DNA of 64,000 nucleotides from Mycoplasmatota bacterium (GTDB lineage Bacteria > Bacillota_I > Bacilli_A > MAG-NZ): NCBI GenBank assembly GCA_018394315.1, contig CP074575.1, forward strand, positions 1,458,615 through 1,522,614, given 5' to 3'. The notes below the pieces were generated by a model. That model was not told where the DNA came from. It worked only from the letters and a program-made list of their open reading frames with translations, and did no database searches. Numbering within the stretch: position 1 is the first letter of the stretch; each line of letters begins with the position of its first letter. The position numbers and the translations under genes are program-made. Below are positions 19,189 through 28,690 of this stretch, piece after piece.

Positions 19189-19760
19189 TTAAACATCCTT
19201 TCATATATAGATATTTAAAAACTAGATCATCGGTAGAATATCAATGAATAAAACTTCCTGGTATAGTTGAATCTAACCAACACCACTCTAGAGCGCATGC
19301 ACTTGTCTAACACTCACATAAGTAGAGTGGCGCGAACCTATACGAAAACGTATAAACCAAAAAACCTAAACAATAATAAAATAAATATAATGACAGCTTG
19401 CTGTTCATTTATTTGTTTTAAGCGTAGGTAACAAAAAGAAACACAACAGGCGACGTAGTCGCCACGCGCCACATATGGCGAGTAAATAGAATATTGGCTT
19501 TGAAGAACCCACTCCAAGACCGCCACGCTAGAGTCAGGTTCATCAAAGCCAACATAATAATGGCGGTCTAATATAAAGGGGAGAAATATGAAAAGTTCTC
19601 AAGATTAGTTTAATAACTTTCACCTAGTAGCAAATTATGTCGCACGCTACTAGGTTTAAATTAATTTTGAAATATGCTATAATCAAAGTTGTCTAGAAAT
19701 GAGAATAGCATTACGTAAACAAGGAGTCCTTTTGACTTCTAGTTTTTGCACTTTACAATG

Positions 19761-19812
19761 GATACGATAGTATCCACAACATTATTATATAGATACTATC
19801 GTATCTTGTCAA
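19761..19812 (-). promoter_or_regulatory. Consensus leftward sigmaA promoter with two GATAC-N4-GTATC operators
   Basis: TTGACA (19812-19807), 17 bp, TATAAT (19789-19784); GATACGATAGTATC at 19761 and its exact inverse at 19792. Confidence 0.85.
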
Positions 19813-19832
19813 GAAGTTGAGAGGAGCAAATT

Positions 19833-20045
19833 ATGAAACTGCACTATGCAAACAACATCAAGTGGCTTAGAATGAAACTCTACAGCAGTAGGGATGAGTT
19901 TTCACATGCGATAGAAATGAGTGAAAACACAATTAAAGCTTATGAGAATGGGTATAGGACTCCAGTGATTGATAAACTGGTAATCATTGCATTACATTTC
20001 GGCGTATCTTTAGATGATCTGGTTTTCAAAGATCTTACAAAGTAA
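19833..20045 (+). CDS. XRE-family HTH repressor
   Basis: IKWLR...EFS...SENTIKAYENGYRTP...IALHFGVSLDDL. Confidence 0.9.
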   Translation: MKLHYANNIKWLRMKLYSSRDEFSHAIEMSENTIKAYENGYRTPVIDKLVIIALHFGVSLDDLVFKDLTK

Positions 20046-20068
20046 CAAATAATTTCATTTTTAGACAC

Positions 20069-20106
20069 AAGGTGGAAACTGGGCTTCCATGTCAATTTGT
20101 ATAATG
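20069..20106 (+). promoter_or_regulatory. Integrase promoter/operator; inverted copy of the palindrome plus -10 found in the array modules
   Basis: AAGGTGGAAACTGGGCTTCCATGTC-N6-TATAATG. Confidence 0.7.
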
Positions 20107-20137
20107 ACTAATACAGAATTGAAAGGAAGTGTTTTAT

Positions 20138-21085
20138 ATGGATGATATTAAATATTTAATATCGCAATTTGTTAAATTAAATAACAATGACATAGGACTA
20201 GAAGAGGTCAAAGAAATATATCTGAACAGATGTAGAATTGAAGTGAGAGAAGATACTTACAAATACTACAGACGATTTTTAACATCAATAATTGATTATC
20301 TTATCGGTATTGGTGTTAGGTCAACAAAGGAAATAACAAGTAAGGCTTTATATGAATTTATCAATGAACATCGTAAACTTGGACACAAGAACAATTACAT
20401 AAATAAGTTTATTGGCGCACTTAAGCAGGCTCTAACATACTGTGAAGTCCAGGAGCTCATAAATAATAACCCTCTAAGAAACTTCACGTTACTTAAGAAA
20501 GAAGATACAGAGACTGTTATTATTAGTCCGAAAGTTATTAAAAGCATAATCAAGTATCTAAATACAACTGAACAAACACAAGAAGTACTCAGAGCTAAAG
20601 CAATGATCTATATCTTACTGGATACAGGAATTAGAAAGAATGAGCTCAGAAACGTTAAGTTAGAAAACTTAGATTTAGAAAACGATTCTATTCATTTAAC
20701 TTATACTAAAACCAGGAAGCACCGAACAGTATTTATAACTTCAAGCACTAATCTAGCAATAGTTGAATACTTGAACTCAGTTTCTCCAGATAATTACTTG
20801 TTAGTGAGTTTACATACTGGAATGCAGCTCTCTGCTAAAGCTATGGAAGATGTAATCATAAAAATAAAAAGAAAGCTCAACATACCTAAAGAGGTTAGTA
20901 TAAGCTTTCATAAGTTTAGACATACGTTCGCTACTATGTTCCTGGAACAAAACAAGAACATAGAAACAGTCCGTAAGATATTAGGGCACACTAGTATTAA
21001 GACAACACAGATATATTTGCATTTATCTAATTCTAAAGTACAAAACGAACATCGAGAATTCTCACCGATTAATCGTTTTGTGTAA
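20138..21085 (+). CDS. Tyrosine recombinase/integrase (Xer-sized)
   Basis: TGIRKNEL, TKT, HKFRH, LGH, TQIY catalytic residues; abuts the tRNA. Confidence 0.95.
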   Translation: MDDIKYLISQFVKLNNNDIGLEEVKEIYLNRCRIEVREDTYKYYRRFLTSIIDYLIGIGVRSTKEITSKALYEFINEHRKLGHKNNYINKFIGALKQALTYCEVQELINNNPLRNFTLLKKEDTETVIISPKVIKSIIKYLNTTEQTQEVLRAKAMIYILLDTGIRKNELRNVKLENLDLENDSIHLTYTKTRKHRTVFITSSTNLAIVEYLNSVSPDNYLLVSLHTGMQLSAKAMEDVIIKIKRKLNIPKEVSISFHKFRHTFATMFLEQNKNIETVRKILGHTSIKTTQIYLHLSNSKVQNEHREFSPINRFV

Positions 21086-21174
21086 AAATAAAAGTAAGCT
21101 GAGTCTCAACACATGAATACCTCAATGTCCCAACACATGAGGAAGTGTTTTTTCGCTTACTTGTGCTATTTTAA

Positions 21175-21251
21175 TGGCACCCCAGGAGAGATTCGAACTC
21201 CCGACACTCGCCTTAGAAGGGCGATGCTCTATCCAGCTGAGCTACTGAGGC
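21175..21251 (-). tRNA. tRNA-Arg(TCT)
   Basis: 77-nt cloverleaf GCCTCAG...TCGCC-CT-TCT-AA-GGCGA...TTCGAAT...CCA; TTTACA-17-TAAAAT promoter upstream. Confidence 0.97.
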
Positions 21252-21437
21252 ATTTAATTATTTGACGCTTATCTATTTTAACTAATAATTATTGATTTGT
21301 AAAGTAAAATTTAAATTTTTTTTATGTGATATGATACATGTTAAAGTTAATCCGAATAATAATCATATTTCTTTGAATTTGAATCTATATTTGATAGAAT
21401 TAATGTAATAGATAATAGATCTCAATGGAGGATATAA

Positions 21438-22760
21438 ATGGAAAAGTTAGTTATCATTGGAGCTGGTCCTGGTGGATATGAAGTTGCGATTGAAGCAGCT
21501 CAAAAAGGGTTAGAAGTAGTTTTGATTGATAAAGACGAGTTAGGTGGGACTTGTTTGAATTATGGGTGTATTCCAACAAAAACACTTTATAAATCTTCTG
21601 AAATTATTAAGTCGATTAAAGGTGGAAATCAGTTTGGAATTGATGCAGAATATAAAATTGACTTTGAAAAAGTTATTAGTAATAAAGATAAAATAGTTGC
21701 TGATCTTAAAAATGGAATTGATTTCTTAATCAAGAAAAATAAAATTGAATTTATAAAGGGTGAAGCAACGTTTGTTGATGAAAGAAGTATAAAAGTAAAT
21801 GATCAAGTAATCGAGGGAGATTATTTCATTATCGCAACTGGTTCAGCTGTGAGAATGCTAGATATTGAAGGAGTTGATAGTGAAGCGGTCGTTACATCAA
21901 AAGAGATGCTTTCTCTTAATCAAATACCTAAGACTTTAACTGTTATTGGTGGAGGAGTAATAGGTGTTGAATTAGCTTCAATATATAATTATTTCGGTTC
22001 TGAAGTTACTATTTTAGAGTATCAGAAGAATTTATTAGGATATTTTGAAGAAGATATATCTAAGAGATTTAAACCTGTTTTAACAAAGCAAGGTATAAAT
22101 GTAGTTACAGGTGCAAATGTAACTAAAATAGATAATAACACTGTCACTTATAATATAAAAGGACAGGAAAATAGTATTGATGCAGAATTAATACTTATGT
22201 CTGTTGGAAGAATTGCTTATATGGACAACTTAAATATTGAGAAGATTGGAATTGAATTTGATAAAACTGGGATTAAAGTAAATGATAATTTTCAAACAAG
22301 TATTCCTAATATCTATGCTGTGGGTGATGTTCTTGGTGGAAGTATGTTAGCACATACTGCTACATTCCAGTCATATAAGGCACTATCACATATTCTTAAT
22401 GAAGAGAATACGACTGACTTTAATATGATACCAGCATGTGTATTTACTTTTCCAGAATTAGCATCTATCGGTTTAACTAGAAAAGAGGCTAAGGAGAAGT
22501 TTGATTCAATTGAAGTCAGAAAAGGACAATACTCTGCAAATGGTAAAGCTAATGCAATGGGAGAAAATACTGGCTTTATTCAGATTATTCTAAACGATGG
22601 ATATATAGTAGGAGCAAGTATAATGGGATATAGTGCTAGTACTATTATTCATGAGATAGCTTTAATTATAAATAGTGGTAAAAGAATTGATGAGTTCAGA
22701 GATATGATATTTGCACACCCAACATTATCAGAAGTATTATCAAGTGCAATTAGAGAATAG
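21438..22760 (+). CDS. lpdA: Dihydrolipoamide dehydrogenase
   Basis: GAGPGG, GGTCLNYGCIPTK, HPTLSE. Confidence 0.93.
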   Translation: MEKLVIIGAGPGGYEVAIEAAQKGLEVVLIDKDELGGTCLNYGCIPTKTLYKSSEIIKSIKGGNQFGIDAEYKIDFEKVISNKDKIVADLKNGIDFLIKKNKIEFIKGEATFVDERSIKVNDQVIEGDYFIIATGSAVRMLDIEGVDSEAVVTSKEMLSLNQIPKTLTVIGGGVIGVELASIYNYFGSEVTILEYQKNLLGYFEEDISKRFKPVLTKQGINVVTGANVTKIDNNTVTYNIKGQENSIDAELILMSVGRIAYMDNLNIEKIGIEFDKTGIKVNDNFQTSIPNIYAVGDVLGGSMLAHTATFQSYKALSHILNEENTTDFNMIPACVFTFPELASIGLTRKEAKEKFDSIEVRKGQYSANGKANAMGENTGFIQIILNDGYIVGASIMGYSASTIIHEIALIINSGKRIDEFRDMIFAHPTLSEVLSSAIRE

Positions 22761-22783
22761 TGATAAAATAATAGGAGGATGAA

Positions 22784-23275
22784 ATGGAAAGAAGTGGTAA
22801 AAGATTTATAATATTGATTTCGGTTTTTTTAGTATTGATAATTATAGCTGCAATATTACTGAAAGTTACTGAGGATGAAAAAACCGTTATGATGGAAAAA
22901 TATACAACACTGACTACATACGATCATGTTTATGACATAGAAACAATGGAAGAATTTGAAGAGATTGTAGCGACAGGTGAAAAGGCGTTTGTTTATTTTG
23001 GCCATCCAGATTGTCCAGCGTGTGTAGCTATGGTACCTCATATAGATAGATTAGCAAAAGAAAATGAAATAGAAAAAGTTTATTATGTTGAATTTCATTT
23101 CATGAGTGATTTGGCTGCTGAATGGGGTGAAAATGGTACTTACGATTACAAAGGTACGCCTGCAGTAATGTTATTTGATGAGGGTGAATTTGTTAAGAGT
23201 TATCAAAGTGACGATTATTCAGATGGTGAAAATTTATTAGTAAAATTAGATGCATTTTTTAAAGATTACGTATAG
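22784..23275 (+). CDS. Membrane-anchored thioredoxin-like protein
   Basis: TM helix, CPAC, GTP. Confidence 0.8.
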   Translation: MERSGKRFIILISVFLVLIIIAAILLKVTEDEKTVMMEKYTTLTTYDHVYDIETMEEFEEIVATGEKAFVYFGHPDCPACVAMVPHIDRLAKENEIEKVYYVEFHFMSDLAAEWGENGTYDYKGTPAVMLFDEGEFVKSYQSDDYSDGENLLVKLDAFFKDYV

Positions 23276-23283
23276 GTGATATA

Positions 23284-25659
23284 ATGAGATATTCAATGAA
23301 GGTAGAAGGAATTACTTGTTCAAATTGTGCTAAAACTATCGAAAATACCTTTCAATTGTATGAGAGAGTTTCCTGCAAAGTAAATGTAAGTGCAAACAAA
23401 ATAATATTCAATTATGACAGTGATTTAATTTCTTTAACACAAATAGCTGATATCGTACGTCAAGCAGGGTATACCCCAATTTTAGATACGGATACAGAGA
23501 ATTCACAAAAAGACTTTAAAAGAGATATTTTGATATCTCTTTTATTGACTACCCCATTATTATGGACAATGTGGCATCACTTAGGTGCTACATGGATGAC
23601 ACCAAAGCTTAGTATGTTTTTAATGCAACCTCTTGTTCAAATCATTCTAGCTACACCAGTTCAATTTTATGTAGGTCGAAGATTCTTTATAGGTTTGTAT
23701 CATTCCGCAAGAAAAAAAGTTTTTGGAATGGATGCGTTAGTTGTTTTAGGTACACTAAGTGCTTATATATTCAGTGTCATTAAAAGTATTGAGGCTTTAA
23801 ATGGTGGAATTTGGATAGATTTTTCTACTCATATGATGCCAGAACTATATTTTGAGACTAGTGCTACTATAATAACTGTTATCTTAATAGGAAATTATAT
23901 AGAACATATTGCGAAAAACAGAACTTCTGATGCTTTGGTTGATTTAATTAATTTAGGAGCTAAGGAAGCGAGAATTAAAGTAGATAATGTAGAGAAAATG
24001 ATTCCAATTGAGGATGTTAAAATTGGAGATTTAGTTATAGTACTCGCAAATGAAAAAATTCCAGTTGATGGGATAATTGTTGAAGGGAACTCATATGTAG
24101 ATGAATCGATGATTAATGGAGAACCAATTCCAACTTTTAAGGAACATGGTTCAGAAGTTATAGGAGCAACATTAAATACAAGTGGAAAAATTGTGATAAA
24201 GACTACAAGAGTTGGTAGCGAAACTGTTTTAGCGAAAATAATTGAAACAGTAGAAGAAGTAAGTGCTTCAAAGCCACCAATTCAACGTATTGCTGATAAA
24301 ATTTCTACAATCTTCGTTCCGATAGTTTTATCTATTTCTACGATAACTTTTATCATTTGGTTTTCAATTAATCAAGATATTTCATTAGCTTTTGAAGCAG
24401 CTGTAGCTGTTATGGTTATTTCTTGCCCGTGTGCATTAGGTCTAGCTACACCAACATCAATTTTAGTTGGTTCAGGTAGAGCTGCAAAAGAGGGGATACT
24501 TTATAAAGGTGGAGAGTTTTTTGAAACAGCAAATAAGATAAACGCTGTCTGCTTTGATAAAACTGGAACACTAACAATCGGAAAACCTGTAGTAACAGAT
24601 TATTTTGGAAACATTGAAATATTTGATTATGTTTATTCTCTTGAAAAGCAAAGTGTTCACCCGTTAAGCATCGCAATTGTTAATTATAAGGAATCAATTG
24701 ATTATGAAGTAGTCGATTTTGAAAATATAAGTGGTATGGGTCTAATTGGTACTATTAATGATAAGATAGTGGCAGTTGGATCAATAAGACTAATGAGTGA
24801 AATAAAAGTTAATATTGATAAATTCAAAAATGAATTAACAAAACTTCAAAATGAAGGTAAAACAATTATTTATGTAAGTATAGATGGTAAGATTGAAGCC
24901 CTAATAGGTATTGCTGATGTATTAAAACCTGATGCTAAAAATGTAATTCACAATTTGCATGCAAGAGGTATTGATACTTATATGATTTCTGGGGATAATA
25001 AATTTGTCGCAAACGCAATAGCTAAACAATTAAATATTAAAAATGTTTATGGAGAAGTCTTACCTTCAGAGAAAGCTGATATAGTTACTAAAATCAAAGC
25101 TGATGGAAAATTTGTGGCTTTTATTGGAGATGGTGTAAACGATGCTCCAGCTTTAAAAGCTGCTGATGTTGGTATTGCTATGAGTTCAGGAAGTGATATC
25201 GCAATTGACTCTAGTGATGTAACTTTACTATCTCATGATTTAAATTTAGTTAATAAGGCAATAGACATTTCCATAGTTACATTTAAAAACATTTTGCAAA
25301 ATTTCGGATGGGCATTTGGGTATAATATACTAGCTATTCCATTAGCTGCATCAGGTATGTTAAATCCAATGATCGCTGGAATTGCTATGGCGTTTAGTAA
25401 CATTACTGTAGTTAGTAACGCTTTAAGATTGAAAAGATACAAATTCAAAAATTACAAGGAGGATAGCATGGAAAAAGTTACATTAAATGTACCTAGTATG
25501 GCTTGTGGACACTGTAAAGGAAAAATAGACGCTGCATTAAGAGAAAGCAACATTGATGCAACAGTAAATCTAGATAATAAAACCGTTCTAGTAAATGAAA
25601 ATGATTCTGCTTCAGCAACTTCTATAATTGAGACAGCTGGATATCCAGTAGAAAAATAA
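23284..25659 (+). CDS. copA: Cu(I)-type P1B ATPase with C-terminal CopZ-like HMA domain
   Basis: CSNC, CPC, DKTGT, GDGVND, YN..MAFS; C-terminal MACGHC. Confidence 0.92.
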   Translation: MRYSMKVEGITCSNCAKTIENTFQLYERVSCKVNVSANKIIFNYDSDLISLTQIADIVRQAGYTPILDTDTENSQKDFKRDILISLLLTTPLLWTMWHHLGATWMTPKLSMFLMQPLVQIILATPVQFYVGRRFFIGLYHSARKKVFGMDALVVLGTLSAYIFSVIKSIEALNGGIWIDFSTHMMPELYFETSATIITVILIGNYIEHIAKNRTSDALVDLINLGAKEARIKVDNVEKMIPIEDVKIGDLVIVLANEKIPVDGIIVEGNSYVDESMINGEPIPTFKEHGSEVIGATLNTSGKIVIKTTRVGSETVLAKIIETVEEVSASKPPIQRIADKISTIFVPIVLSISTITFIIWFSINQDISLAFEAAVAVMVISCPCALGLATPTSILVGSGRAAKEGILYKGGEFFETANKINAVCFDKTGTLTIGKPVVTDYFGNIEIFDYVYSLEKQSVHPLSIAIVNYKESIDYEVVDFENISGMGLIGTINDKIVAVGSIRLMSEIKVNIDKFKNELTKLQNEGKTIIYVSIDGKIEALIGIADVLKPDAKNVIHNLHARGIDTYMISGDNKFVANAIAKQLNIKNVYGEVLPSEKADIVTKIKADGKFVAFIGDGVNDAPALKAADVGIAMSSGSDIAIDSSDVTLLSHDLNLVNKAIDISIVTFKNILQNFGWAFGYNILAIPLAASGMLNPMIAGIAMAFSNITVVSNALRLKRYKFKNYKEDSMEKVTLNVPSMACGHCKGKIDAALRESNIDATVNLDNKTVLVNENDSASATSIIETAGYPVEK

Positions 25660-25913
25660 TTTTTAAAAATAACTTTTAGAAAGTTATTTTTTTTATAAAC
25701 TAATACCTTGCTCTTTACGTTACGTATATCACACAACCAAGGAAGGGTAGAAAAGTCAAAAATTAATGTCTTAAATGACATGAATTTTGTTTGAATGAGC
25801 GCTATAATTAGGATGTAGAATATATCAATGATAATTTATTACCTTTTATTTGTAAATCATTTGATTTATTGGATTTTTATGTTATATTTATAGTTGATTA
25901 AAGGAGTGAAATA

Positions 25914-27200
25914 ATGAATGTTAAAGTAGAAAATTTAGAAAATAGTAAGGTTAAATTAACAATCACTGTTGAAAAAGATGTTTTTAATACTGGACTTGAT
26001 TTGGCTTTTGAAGAAGAAGTTAAAGAAGTAGAAGTTAAAGGATTTAGAAAAGGTAAAGTTCCAAGAGATGTATTTGAAAAACGTTTTGGTGAGGCACGTT
26101 TATATGATAAAGCCATTAATTACTCTATAAATGAGACTTATCCAAAAGCTGTTGAGCAAGAAAAAATTGATGTTGTAGCACAACCTAAAATTGATTTTGA
26201 TTTTTCAAGTATAGGAAAAGACAAAGATTTTGTTTATGTTGCCGAAGTTACTGTTAAACCAGATGTTAAACTTGGTGATTATACAGAAATAAAAGTTAAA
26301 CATTTATCTACAAGAGTTTTGAAGAAGGATTATGAATTAGAGCTTGATAGAATTTTAGCAAGTAAAACTGAACTTGTTCCAAAAGAATCAGATGTACTTG
26401 AAGATGGAGATACATCAATAATTGATTTTGAAGGATTTAAGGACGGAGAACCATTTGAAGGTGGAAAAGGAGAAAACTTTTCACTTAAAATAGGGTCTGG
26501 TCAATTTATTCCTGGTTTTGAAGATGCAATGGTAGGTATGAAAGTTGGAGAAGAAAAAGACGTTAACGTAACGTTCCCAGAGAATTATCAAGCAGCTGAT
26601 TTAGCTGGTGCTCCTGTAGTATTTAAAGTTAAATTGCATGAAATTAAAGTCAGTAATACACCTGAATTAACTGATGAGTTAGTTAAGGAATTAGAAGGTG
26701 ATGCTGAAACAGTAGCTGATTTTGAAAAAGAAGTAAAAGAAAGTATCAAAGAAAGAAAAGAAATCCAAAATAAAAATGCTATTATTGACAAAGTAGTTCA
26801 AGTAGCAAGTGAAAATGCTGAAGTAGTTATTCCTGAGGAAATGGTTAATAACGAAGTTGATAGAATGATTAAGGATACAGAAGCTCAAGCAAAACAATAT
26901 AATATGGAATTAGATATGTTCTTACAATTAAATGGAACAAATCTAGATACTTATAAGACACAATTAGCTTCTAGAGCTGAAACTAGTGTAAGATATAATT
27001 TAGTTTTATCTGCTATCGCTACAAAAGAGGAACTTAAACCTACTGAAGAAAAATACGCGGAATCTTACTCTATGTTAGCAACTCAATATGGAATGGAAGT
27101 TGAACAACTTAAGAGTGTTTTTCCTAAAGAAATGTTAGACGAACAATTAAAAACTCAGCTTGCAGTTGATTACTTAGTTGAAAATTCGGTTAAAGAGTAA
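25914..27200 (+). CDS. tig: Trigger factor
   Basis: GFRKGKVP; FKBP domain. Confidence 0.97.
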   Translation: MNVKVENLENSKVKLTITVEKDVFNTGLDLAFEEEVKEVEVKGFRKGKVPRDVFEKRFGEARLYDKAINYSINETYPKAVEQEKIDVVAQPKIDFDFSSIGKDKDFVYVAEVTVKPDVKLGDYTEIKVKHLSTRVLKKDYELELDRILASKTELVPKESDVLEDGDTSIIDFEGFKDGEPFEGGKGENFSLKIGSGQFIPGFEDAMVGMKVGEEKDVNVTFPENYQAADLAGAPVVFKVKLHEIKVSNTPELTDELVKELEGDAETVADFEKEVKESIKERKEIQNKNAIIDKVVQVASENAEVVIPEEMVNNEVDRMIKDTEAQAKQYNMELDMFLQLNGTNLDTYKTQLASRAETSVRYNLVLSAIATKEELKPTEEKYAESYSMLATQYGMEVEQLKSVFPKEMLDEQLKTQLAVDYLVENSVKE

Positions 27201-27323
27201 ATTAATGCACGACAGTGTCGTGCTTTTTTTTTGTAAATTACTTAATGTGAGTATTATTTTATATCTCAACGATATAATATTAAACGAGTTGTTATGATGT
27301 AGGTAAATTACTGGAGGTGCTTT

Positions 27324-28523
27324 ATGAAGAAAGAAATAGTTTGTTCTTTTTGTGGGAAAAGTATTAAGGAAATTGATAAATTAATTTCTGGTGAAAATGC
27401 TTATATCTGTAATGCTTGTATTGAAATGTGCTATGAAATAATTGTAAAAGATTTTACATTTCCCCAAGATGATTTTATGTTACCAAAGATTCCTACTCCA
27501 AAAGAAATATTCTCAAAGTTAAGTGAATATGTAGTAGGTCAAGAGAATGCGAAGAAGGTATTATCAGTAGCAGTATATAATCATTATAAAAGGCTTAAGT
27601 GTAATTTGGAAAATGACGATATTAATATTGAAAAAAGCAACATATTATTAGTCGGTAAAACAGGAAGTGGTAAGACTTTATTAGCGAGAAAATTATCAGA
27701 AATATTGGATGTGCCATTTGCGATTGCAGATGCTACTAGTTTAACTGAAGCGGGTTATGTTGGAGAAGATGTTGAGAATATTTTGGTTAGACTATTGCAA
27801 GCAGCAGAGTATGACTTGAATAGAGCTCAAAAAGGTATTGTGTATATTGATGAGATAGACAAATTGGCTCGTAAATCTAGTAATCCTTCTATTACAAGAG
27901 ATGTATCAGGAGAGGGTGTACAACAATCGCTATTAAAGATTTTAGAAGGGACAGTAGCAAATGTTCCTCCTCAAGGTGGAAGGAAGCATCCAAATCAAGA
28001 GTTCATTAAATTTAATACAAATGATGTCTTATTTATTTGTGGTGGTGCTTTTGACGGAATAGAAGATATAATTAAAAAAAGAAGCGGAAAGAAAATGATA
28101 GGGTTCAACAAAGACAAAACTAAAAATGAAATTATAAAGAATATTAATCACGAAGATATAACCAAATATGGAATGATTCCTGAACTTGTTGGTAGAATAC
28201 CAATTTTATCTTCATTAACGGTACTTAATAAAAAAGATTTAGTCAAAATTATGACAGAACCAAAAGATGCTATTTTAAAGCAATACAAGAAAATATTTAA
28301 AATGGATGAGGTTGAGCTAGAATTTACAGATGATGCAATAAATGAAATTGCTGAGTGTGCTTTGAATAAGAATATTGGAGCGAGAGGAATAAGATCAATA
28401 CTTGAAAGTGTTATGGTTGATATTATGTTTGAATTACCTAGGAAAAACAATTCTAAATGTATAATTTCAAGAGACATTGTAGTTAACCACGAAAGGGATG
28501 AGAATATAAATATAAGTGCTTGA
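27324..28523 (+). CDS. clpX: ClpX ATPase
   Basis: CSFC zinc finger, [15 protein letters not shown]. Confidence 0.97.
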   Translation: MKKEIVCSFCGKSIKEIDKLISGENAYICNACIEMCYEIIVKDFTFPQDDFMLPKIPTPKEIFSKLSEYVVGQENAKKVLSVAVYNHYKRLKCNLENDDINIEKSNILLVGKTGSGKTLLARKLSEILDVPFAIADATSLTEAGYVGEDVENILVRLLQAAEYDLNRAQKGIVYIDEIDKLARKSSNPSITRDVSGEGVQQSLLKILEGTVANVPPQGGRKHPNQEFIKFNTNDVLFICGGAFDGIEDIIKKRSGKKMIGFNKDKTKNEIIKNINHEDITKYGMIPELVGRIPILSSLTVLNKKDLVKIMTEPKDAILKQYKKIFKMDEVELEFTDDAINEIAECALNKNIGARGIRSILESVMVDIMFELPRKNNSKCIISRDIVVNHERDENINISA

Positions 28524-28690
28524 GGGGAAACCCTCTTTTTTATGAGCATCTTATATCTAGATATAATTTATTATGATATAATAGGTTATAAATAAGATAT
28601 TTTTATATTAGTCGAAATTTTGGAAATAATAACAAATGATTGAAATATGAAATATATTGTAAAATTATTATTAATTGGAGAGGTGATATA

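Larger units (their letters stand above)
330..21200. mobile_element. tRNA-Arg-anchored integrative island: satellite-like core plus tandem cassette array (probably continues left of the window)
   Basis: TGGCACCCCAGGAGAGATTCGAACTC (tRNA 3' end) directly repeated at 330, 11752 (1 mismatch) and 21175; integrase adjacent to the tRNA. Confidence 0.9.

Noticed and set aside
19338..19526. 62-aa ORF in the leader
   Set aside because: No RBS; runs through strong hairpins; better explained as structured RNA
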